Below are positions 56,158 to 64,000 of a stretch of DNA of 64,000 nucleotides, piece by piece. The stretch comes from an uncultured delta proteobacterium (GTDB lineage Bacteria > Myxococcota > Myxococcia > Myxococcales > Anaeromyxobacteraceae). The DNA is taken from the NCBI GenBank assembly GCA_963766715.1, contig CAVYBH010000015.1, forward strand, positions 128,001 through 192,000, in the 5' to 3' direction. Made by a program: the position numbers and the translations under genes. Every line of letters begins with the position of its first letter. Position 1 is the first letter of the stretch. Below the pieces are notes generated by a model. It saw only the letters and a list, made by a program, of their open reading frames with translations, ran no database searches and was not told where the DNA came from.

Positions 56158-57163
56158 ATGAAGTGCTTCTCTCGCGCCGTGGTGCTGTCCGCATCGCTCG
56201 CGCTGATACCGGCGCTCGCCGGCGCCGACGACTACGCGCCTCAGCCGGTCCAGCCCGACTCGGCGGAGCCCAACTGGGTACCGCCTCCTCCCACCCAGGT
56301 CGACGCCACGACCGGCGAGGAGGTCGCGGTGCAGCCGTCCGCGCCCGCCGGGCAGTGGGTCTACACGAGCCAGTACGGCTGGGTGTGGATGCCCTACGGG
56401 AACTCGTACACGTACATCCCGACCACCGGCACCCCCAACATGTACGTCTACTACCCGGCGGTCGGGTGGTCCTGGGTCGTTGCACCGTGGGTATGGGGCT
56501 GGGGCGCGATGCCCTGGTTCGGCTACGCGGGCTACGGCGGATACCCCTGGTACGGCTACGGGTACGGGCGCTGGTACGGCTACGCGCGCCCCTACGCCTA
56601 CGCCGGCTGGTACGGCGGCGGCTACTACCACGGCGGCCACTGGAACGCCCCGGCGCCGCGGCCCGGCGGCGTGCCTCCTGCGCCGCCTCGCGCGGGCGGC
56701 GCCGCCGCTGCGCGCGCCGGCGGACGGGCGCCCCGCCTCGCGCCGGCACTCCGGGCGCCCCCCCCCGGGCCGGCGTAACGGGCGCTGCTCCTCGCGCCGG
56801 CGTTCCCGGCACGGCCCCTCGCGCCGCGGCGGGCGCCTCGACCCGCGTCGGCGCGGTTCCTCCGGGCCGTGCGGCCGGTCTGCCGGCGTCGTTCTCGGCC
56901 GGGCGAGGCTACACGGCAGGCGGGCCGCGCCTTCACGTCCCCGTCGCGCACCTTCTCCTCGGTGGGACAGGGCTTCTCGCGGAGCTTCGCCGCGGCGGCG
57001 CCGCGCGGCGGCTTCGGCGGCGGAGGCTACGGTGGCGGTGGGCACGCCGCGAGCTTCGGCGGCGGGGCCGGGCGGTCCCGGCGGCGGCGGCTTCGGTGGA
57101 GGCGGGCACGGTGGCGGTGGCGGTGGCGGGCACGGTGGTGGCGGCGGCGGCGGACGCCGATGA
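56158..57163 (+). CDS. Exported Tyr/Trp/Gly-rich protein with a Gly-rich tail; frameshifts
   Basis: GAGG RBS; signal peptide; GQWVYTSQYGWVWMPY; tail GGGGHGGGGGG...RR*. Confidence 0.65.
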
Positions 57164-57191
57164 AGCCGGCTTCGTGCTAGGAAAGGCGCCG

Positions 57192-57734
57192 ATGACCGCA
57201 TCGGCACCTTTCCGCTCCCTGCTGCTCGCCATCCTGCTGCTCGCTCCGGCCGGGCGAGCCCTGCCCGCGGACCCTCCTGCCTCCACGCTGCCGCCCCTGC
57301 TCCCCAGCTCGTCGGTCGGCGCGGTGCTGCTCAAGCGGAGCGCGCTGGAGCTCACGCCGGAGCAGGTGAAGCAGCTCGAGCAGGTGCAGGCGCGGCTCGT
57401 CCGGGACCAGGCGGCCGCGCGGGAGGCGGCGGCCCACCCTCCGGAGCCGTCCGGTCCCGCCAACGCGCCTCCGCCCCCCAAGGCGACCGGAGCCGGCGGT
57501 GGTGGCCCGGGCCCCGGGATGTCCGGCGGGAAGACGCGCCCCCCTCCGAACATCCGCTCCGGCGGCGCCGATCAGTCCCTTGCGCTCGAGCAGCGGCTCG
57601 ACGAGCTCGACACGGAGGCCTTCCTGAAGGCGGTGGAGCTCCTCCCCGAGGCACAGCGGGAGAAGGCCGTCGACGTCGCGTCCCGGTACCGGGAGCAGCT
57701 CTTCGAGCAGCGGGAGCGGGAGAAGAAGCGGTAG
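57192..57734 (+). CDS. Exported helical hypothetical protein (loosely Spy/CpxP-like)
   Basis: Signal peptide; LELTPEQ motif. Confidence 0.6.
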   Translation: MTASAPFRSLLLAILLLAPAGRALPADPPASTLPPLLPSSSVGAVLLKRSALELTPEQVKQLEQVQARLVRDQAAAREAAAHPPEPSGPANAPPPPKATGAGGGGPGPGMSGGKTRPPPNIRSGGADQSLALEQRLDELDTEAFLKAVELLPEAQREKAVDVASRYREQLFEQREREKKR

Positions 57735-57819
57735 CGGCGCCCCACTCCTAGCCCGCTTGGGTCCTGCGCGCGGGGCCTCCCGGGGGCCCGGGCAGGTCCC
57801 GTGGGAAGATGCCCGGCTC

Positions 57820-58542
57820 ATGAAACCCATCGTCAAGCCTGGCGCCTCGTCGGCCCGCACCCTCTGCATCGACATCGGCGGGACCGGGCTCAAGTCGATG
57901 ATCGTGTCGGCCCAGGGCAAGCCCCTCAGCGAGCGGGCCCGCATCCCGACCCCCCGGCCCGCCACGCCCCGGGCCGTCCTGGCCGCCCTGCAGCAGTCCA
58001 TGCCCCCTCGAACCGAGTTCGACCGGGTCTCGGTCGGCTTTCCCGGCGTGGTGATCGACGGCGTCGTGAAGACGGCGCCCAACATGCACCGGACCTGGGC
58101 GGGCTTCGACCTGGCCACGGCCCTCCTCCGGGCCACCGGGCGCCCCACCCGCGCCCTGAACGACGCCGGCGTCCAGGGGCACGGGGCCATCCAGGGCCGG
58201 GGCGTGGAGATCTGCGTCACCCTCGGCACCGGCTTCGGCTTCTCGCTCTTCGTGAACGGGCACTACGTCCCCAACGTCGAGCTGGGGCACCATCCCTTCC
58301 GAAAGGGCAAGACCTACGAGGACCTCCTGGGCGCCCGGGGGCTCGAGCAGGCCGGCAAGAAGAGGTGGAACCGGTCGCTCGAGCGCGCCCTGCAGCAGCT
58401 GCAGGACACGTTCAACTTCCGCGCCCTGTACATCGGGGGCGGCAACGCGAAGAAGGTCGCGCTGCGCCTGCCGAGAAACGTCCGCCTGGTGGAGAACGTG
58501 GCCGGCCTTCTCGGCGGCGTGAAGCTCTGGGAGCGGGACTAG
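57820..58542 (+). CDS. ROK-family sugar kinase (polyphosphate glucokinase-like)
   Basis: IDIGGTG, VGFPG, LNDA, TLGTGFG, ELGH and YIGGGN motifs. Confidence 0.85.
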   Translation: MKPIVKPGASSARTLCIDIGGTGLKSMIVSAQGKPLSERARIPTPRPATPRAVLAALQQSMPPRTEFDRVSVGFPGVVIDGVVKTAPNMHRTWAGFDLATALLRATGRPTRALNDAGVQGHGAIQGRGVEICVTLGTGFGFSLFVNGHYVPNVELGHHPFRKGKTYEDLLGARGLEQAGKKRWNRSLERALQQLQDTFNFRALYIGGGNAKKVALRLPRNVRLVENVAGLLGGVKLWERD

Positions 58543-58549
58543 CCGGCCG

Positions 58550-60192
58550 CTACCCCGCCAGCGCGCGGGCCACGATCCGGCGGGCCTCCTCGACGATGGC
58601 GGCCAGGTGCTTCTCGTCCCGGAAGCTCTCCGCGTAGATCTTGTAGATGTTCTCCGTCCCGGACGGGCGCGCCGCGAACCAGCCGTTCTCGGCGACGACC
58701 TTGAGGCCGCCGATGGGCGCGCCGTTGCCCGGGGCCCGGGTGAGCTTCGCCACGATGGGCTCGCCGGCCAGCTCGGCGTCCTTCACCGCGTCGGGGGAGA
58801 GCTTCGAGAGCCGCGCCTTCTCGGCCGGCGTCGCCTCGGCGTCGATGCGGGTGTAGCAGGGGCGATCCGAACTCGGCGGTCAGCTCCCGGTAGTGCTCGC
58901 CCGGCTCCTTCCCCGTCCGCGCCGTCATCTCGGCGGCGAGGAGGTTCATGATCAGGCCGTCCTTGTCGGTGGTCCACACCGTCCCGTCGAGCCGCAGGAA
59001 GCTGGCGCCCGCGCTCTCCTCCCCCCCGAAGCAGGTCGAGCCGTCGAAGAGGCCGGAGACGAACCACTTGAAGCCGACCGGCACCTCGGAAAGGCGGCGC
59101 CCCAGCCGGGCCACGACCCGGTCGATCATGCTGCTGGACACAAGCGTCTTTCCCACCGCGGCGTCCTTGCGCCAGCGGGGCCGGTGGCCGAGGAGGTAGC
59201 GGATGGCCACCGCCAGGTAGTGGTTGGGGTTCAGGAGCCCGGCCGAGGGCGTGACGATCCCGTGCCGGTCGGAGTCGGGGTCGTTGGCGAAGGCCACGCG
59301 GAAGCGGTCCTTGAGGCCGACCAGGCCCGCCATGGCCTAGGGGCTCGAGCAGTCCATCCGGATCTTGCCGTCGTGGTCGACGGTCATGAAGCGGAACCGG
59401 GGGTCGACGACCGGGTTCACCACCTTCACGTCGATCCCGTACTCGCGTTGATGGGCTCCCAGTAGTGGCGCGCGGCGCCGCCCAGCGGATCGACCCCGAG
59501 GACAGGCGGGCGTCGCGGATGGCCGCCAGGTCGACGACGTTCGCCAGGTCCTTCACGTAGGGGAGGACGAGGTCCTCCTGCCGGGTGGTGGCGGCCCGGA
59601 GCGCGGCCTCGTACCCCACCCGCCTGACGCCGGCGTTGCCGGCCCGGAGCAGCTCGTTGGCGCGGTCCTGGATCCAGCCGGTCACGTCGGTGTCGGCCGG
59701 GCCGCCGTTCGTCGGGTTGTACTTGAACCCTCCGTCCTCGGGCGGGTTGTGCGACGGCGTGACCACGATGCCGTCGGCGAGCCGCTCCCGGCGCCCGCGG
59801 TTGTGGGCAAGGATGGCGCGGGAGATGACGGGCGTCGGGGTGAACCCGTCGCCGGCCTGGATGACCGTCTCGACCCCGTTCGCCGCCAGCACCTCCAGGG
59901 CCGTCCGCTGGGCGGGGCCGGAGAGGGCGTGGGTGTCTTTTCCCAGGTAGAGGGGGCCGTCGGTGCCGGCCTTGCGCCGCTAGTCGCAGATGGCCTGGGT
60001 GGTGGCGAGGATGTGGGCCTCGTTGAAGGAGCCGCGCAGCGACGAGCCGCGGTGGCCGCTCGTGCCGAAGGCCACCAGCTGCGTGGGGTCGGAGGGATCG
60101 GGCTTGCCCTCGAAGTAGGCGCGCTCGAGGCGAGCGAGGTCCACCAGGAGCTGCGTCGGCGCGGGCTTGCCCGCGAGCGGGGAGAGGGCCAC
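58550..60192 (-). CDS. pgm: Phosphoglucomutase; indels plus two in-frame TAG codons
   Basis: [30 protein letters not shown] and RPSGTE motifs. Confidence 0.92.
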
Positions 60193-62665
60193 TCATTCCT
60201 CCATCGGTGCGGTCCCGGGGACCGGGCAGGGTACGACGTTCCAGATCCCGGCAGCGTACTCGGAGATGGTCCGATTGCTCGAGAACCTTCCGGAGCTTGC
60301 CACGTTCAGGACGACCTGGCGGTTCCAGGCGTGGGGTCGGCGTGGAGGCGGCCGGCGCGCTCGCTCGCCTCGCAGTAGGAACGGAGGTCCGCGAGGTGCA
60401 TGTAGGGATCGCCGGCCTCGAGCAGCTCGTGGCGCAGCGGCTCGAAGATCCCCGGCTCGTTCCGGCTGAAGTGGTCGGAGAAGACCAGGTCGAGCGCGGC
60501 GCGGATCTCCGGGTCGTGGTCGTAGTGCCAGCGGGGGTCGTACCAGGAGCGGCTGCGCTCCACCTCGTCGGCGGTGAGCCCGAAGAGGAAGAAGTTCTCC
60601 TCCCCCGCCGCGGCCGCCATCTCGATGGTCGCCCCGTCCCGCGTCCCCAGGGTGAGCGCGCCGTTCATCATGAACTTCATGTTGCTCGTGCCGCTCGCCT
60701 CGTAGCCGGCCGTGGAGATCTGGTTGGAGAGGTCGGCGGCCGGGATGAGCCGCTCGGCCAGCGAGACGTTGTACTCGGGCAGGAACAGGACGCTCAGGGT
60801 GCGCCGGATCTCCGGGTCGCCGTCGAGGGTCCCGGCCAGGTTGTTCAGGAACTTGATGACGAGCTTGGCGAGCCGGTAGGCGGGCGCCGCCTTGCCGGCG
60901 AAGAGGAAGGTCCGCGGCGCCATCCGGAAGTAGGGATCCCGGCGCAGCCGGTCGTAGAGCATCACGATGCGCAGGCCGTTCAGGAGCTGCCGCTTGTACT
61001 CGTGGATGCGCTTCACATGGCAGTCGAAGAGCGAGTCGGGGTCGACGGCCTGCCCGCACCGCGCGGCCAGCCAGCCGGCGAAGCGGACCTTCTCCTGGCG
61101 CTTGGCCGCCGCCACCTGCTCGCGGAAGGCCGCGTCGTCGGCCAGCGGCCGCAGCTTGGCCAGCTCGGACAGGTCGGTCACCCAGCCGTCGCCGATGGCG
61201 GCGGTGATCACCGGGAGAGGGACGGGTTGCAGAGGCGCAGCCAGCGGCGCGGCGTGACCCCGTTCGTCTTGTTGTTGAACCGCTCCGGGTACATCTCGGC
61301 CAGGTCCTTCACGGTGCGGGTGCGGAGCAGCGGCTGTGGATCTCGGCGACGCCGTTCGTGGAGTGGGTTCCGACGACGGCCAGGTGGGCCATGCGCACCT
61401 TCTTCGGCTCGCCCTCCTCGAACAGGCTGGTGCGGGAGACGCGCGCCTCGTCGCCCGGGAAGCGCCTCCGGACGTCGTCGAGAAGCCGCCGGTTCACCTC
61501 GTCGACGATCTCCAGGTGGCGGGGAATGAGGAGCGCGAACCACTCCACCGGCCAGCGCTCCAGCGCCTCGGGGAGCAGGGTGTGGTTCGTGTAGGCGAGC
61601 GTCCGCCGGGTGAGGTCCCAGGCGTCGTCCCAGCCGAGGTGCGCGTCGTCGAGCAGGATGCGCATCAGCTCCGGCACCGCCAGCGACGGATGGGTGTCGT
61701 TCAGCTGGATGGCCACCTTGTCCGGCAGGGCATGCCAGTCCTCGCCTCCCTGCACGAAGCGGCGGATCAGGTCGGCGAGCGAGCAGGCCACCAGGAAGTA
61801 CTCCTGGAAGAAGCGCAGCGCTTGCCCGGCGTGGGTCGAGTCGTCCGGGTAGAGCACCCGGGTGAGCGACTCGGCCGCCAGCGTCGCCGCCAGCGCCCCG
61901 ACAAAGTTGCCGGTGCAGAACGTCTGGAGGTCGAAGGAGTCCGGCGCACCCGCCGCCCAGAGCCGGAGCGTGTTGATGTTCTTGCCGCCGTAGCCGACGA
62001 CCGGGCGGTCGAAGGGGATCCCGAGGAGCGACGACGGGTGGCCCGGGATGGCCCGGAGCATCCCCTCCACGATCTCGAACTTGCAGTTGATGCGGACCTC
62101 GACCCGTTCGAGCGGCCGGACCACCTCCCAGGGATCCGGGTGGCGGAGCCAGTTGTCGGGGCGCTCGACCTGCCAGCCGTCCTGGAGGCCCTGGCGGAAC
62201 ATCCGTACTCGTAGCGAAGCCCGTACCCATGGCGGGGACTGCAAGGTGGCCATGGAGTCGAGGAAGCAGGCCGCCAGCCTTCCCAGGCCGCCGTTGCCCA
62301 GCCCGGCGTCGGGCTCCTGCTCGACCAGGTTCGGCCAGTCGAGCTTCTTCGCCTTCACCGCCCGCTGCATCACCGGCTCGAGCCGCAGGTTGGTGATGTT
62401 GCTCGAGAGGGAGCGGCCGAGCAGGTACTCCATGGAGAGGTAGTAGAGCCGCTTCGGGTCCGCCTTCGCGTACGCCGCGTGCGACGCCACCCAGCGCTGG
62501 GCCAGCACGTCGCGAACGGCCCGGGCGAAGGCCTCGAAGCGATCCCGGCGGCTCGCGTCCCGGGTATTGATCGCCCGGTCGAAGAGCAGGTGGCGCTCGT
62601 AGAGCCCGTCGTGGGCGCCGGAGACTGGAGCGGCCCGCAGCCGGTAGGGTGATGTCCCGGGCCAT
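60193..62665 (-). CDS. glgP: Glycogen/alpha-glucan phosphorylase; frameshifts
   Basis: [30 protein letters not shown] and EASGTSNMK motifs. Confidence 0.93.
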
Positions 62666-63134
62666 CAGGGTTCCCCTTCCCGGCTCCGGGCGCCGTACCG
62701 GCGCTCGATATTCGGATTTGCTCGATCCGCGTGGTGGCGCGGCTCTCCGCCGTAGCGGGTGATGAGGGCAAGATGCGGGCGAGCTCACGGGCCAGTCCCG
62801 CCCGACCACGAGCCCGCCCAGGACGAGCACGTTCATGTCGTCGTGCTCGACGCCCTGGTGGGCCGAGTAGCTGTCGTGGCAGAGCCCGGCCCGGATCCCG
62901 GGCAGCTTGTTGGCCGCCACCGCCGCGCCCACGCCGCTGCCGCAGAGCAGCACGCCTCGCTCGGCCTTGCCGGCCAGGACCGCCTTGCCGACCGCCTCGG
63001 CGTAGATGGGGTAGTCGAGGGTCCTGCCCGTCGGTTCCCACGTCGACGATCACGTGCCCGTCCCCCGCCAGGAAGGCGGAGAGGTCCCGCTTCAGCTCGA
63101 AGCCCGCGTGGTCGCTTCCGATGACGACGCGCAT
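62665..63134 (-). CDS. rpiB: Ribose-5-phosphate isomerase B; frameshifts
   Basis: IGSDHAG, CGSGVG, ANK and EHDDMNVL motifs. Confidence 0.88.
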
Positions 63135-63136
63135 GC

Positions 63137-63855
63137 CTACCTCCGGCCCGGGACCTCCTCTGCGATCCCGAGGTTCGCGCCGCGGCCCGATCGGCGAGCG
63201 CGAGGGCGTGGTCGGACCGGACGCGCCCCGCCGGGATGGCGGGGTCGCCGGCCAGCAACCGGGGCAGCACCGGCGCCTTGTCCGCCCCGGTGACGAGCCA
63301 CAGGACGTGCCGCGCCCGATCGAGCACCGGGTAGGTGAGGGTCATCCGCCGGCGCCCGGCGTAAGGACCGGTCATGGCCACGTCGGCGTCCTCTACCTCC
63401 AGCACCGGGTCGCCCGGGACGAGCGAGGCCGTGTGCCCGTCGGACCCGAGGCCGAGGTGGACCACGTCGAGGACCGCCGGCGCGCCCGTCGCTTCGGCCA
63501 GGCCTCGCGCGTAGGCCGCGCAGGCGGCCGCCAGGTCGGCCTCCTCGACCGGCATGGCGTGCAGGTTCCCGGGAGGGATCGGCGCGCCCGCCGAGCAGGC
63601 TCTCCCTGAGGTGGGTGAGGTTCCGGTCCGGATCGCCGGCCGGGGCGACCCGCTCGTCCACCTGGAAGACGTGCACCTCGCGCCAGGGGACGTCCTCGGC
63701 GGCGAGCGCCCGGAGCATCTGCCAGGGCGTCCGGCCCCCGCTCACCGCCAGCGCGAACCGGCCGCGCGCGGCGACGGCCTCGCGGGCCTGGAGCGCGATC
63801 CAGGCCGCCGCACGCTGCGCCGCGGCATCGGCATCGGGGAGGACTCGAGCTTCAC
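63137..63855 (-). CDS. pgl: 6-phosphogluconolactonase; frameshifts
   Basis: [22 protein letters not shown] and RMTLT motifs. Confidence 0.85.
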
Positions 63856-64000
63856 GGGGCCTCCCCCGGATCGTAGCGTCCGTTCCAGGCGCGGACCACA
63901 GGCTGTTCGTGCTCGTGCCCGAGGATGCCGAGCGACGCCGTGTCGAGGGCGAAGAGGCGCCCCCCCGCGGGAGGGAGCCCGAGCCAACGGGCGGCCAGGA
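63852..64000 (-). CDS. 3' end of a histidine-phosphatase (PGM-like) family gene, truncated by the window
   Basis: Manual translation [26 protein letters not shown]...*; GTGA overlap with pgl. Confidence 0.6.
   Translation of the reverse strand, partial: LAARWLGLPPAGGRLFALDTASLGILGHEHEQPVVRAWNGRYDPGEAP

Noticed and set aside
56640..57163. GC-rich short repeats as a non-coding repeat element
   Set aside because: They encode the Pro/Gly-rich low-complexity tail of the exported protein

Overview
High-GC (~70%) deltaproteobacterial/Myxococcota-type DNA. An Anaeromyxobacter-like origin is inferred from gene content (MYXO-CTERM-like tail, c-type cytochrome, rubrerythrin), not proven. Many conserved genes carry single-base indels, so this looks like an unpolished long-read assembly and frameshifts are treated as errors, not pseudogenes. 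In order, the window holds: an mdtABC-type RND pump; several exported or small proteins, including an 11-mer LEA-like repeat protein; HtrA; a PAS kinase; an LplA-like protein; a FIST protein; a ferritin-like protein; a dCache-GGDEF-hemerythrin protein; EamA; a liv-type ABC operon; a ~450-bp C-depleted purine-rich anomaly; rubrerythrin; a sigma-54-driven pair of membrane-anchored GcvH-like proteins; TMEM175; a PAP2 / UbiA / RPH-like PEP-dikinase trio divergent from a phcBSR-like signalling cluster; a lipoprotein; SSADH; a K+ channel; otsAB and GH15; a diheme cytochrome with five Ig-like repeats; homospermidine synthase plus ornithine decarboxylase; a tautomerase; a ROK kinase; and pgm-glgP-rpiB-pgl. 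No rRNA, tRNA, CRISPR array or mobile element was seen. The best candidates for an undescribed system are the 31.1-41.2 kb block (lipid-modifying trio plus phc-like synthase/sensor genes) and the GcvH-like pair that appears to lack the canonical lipoyl-Lys.
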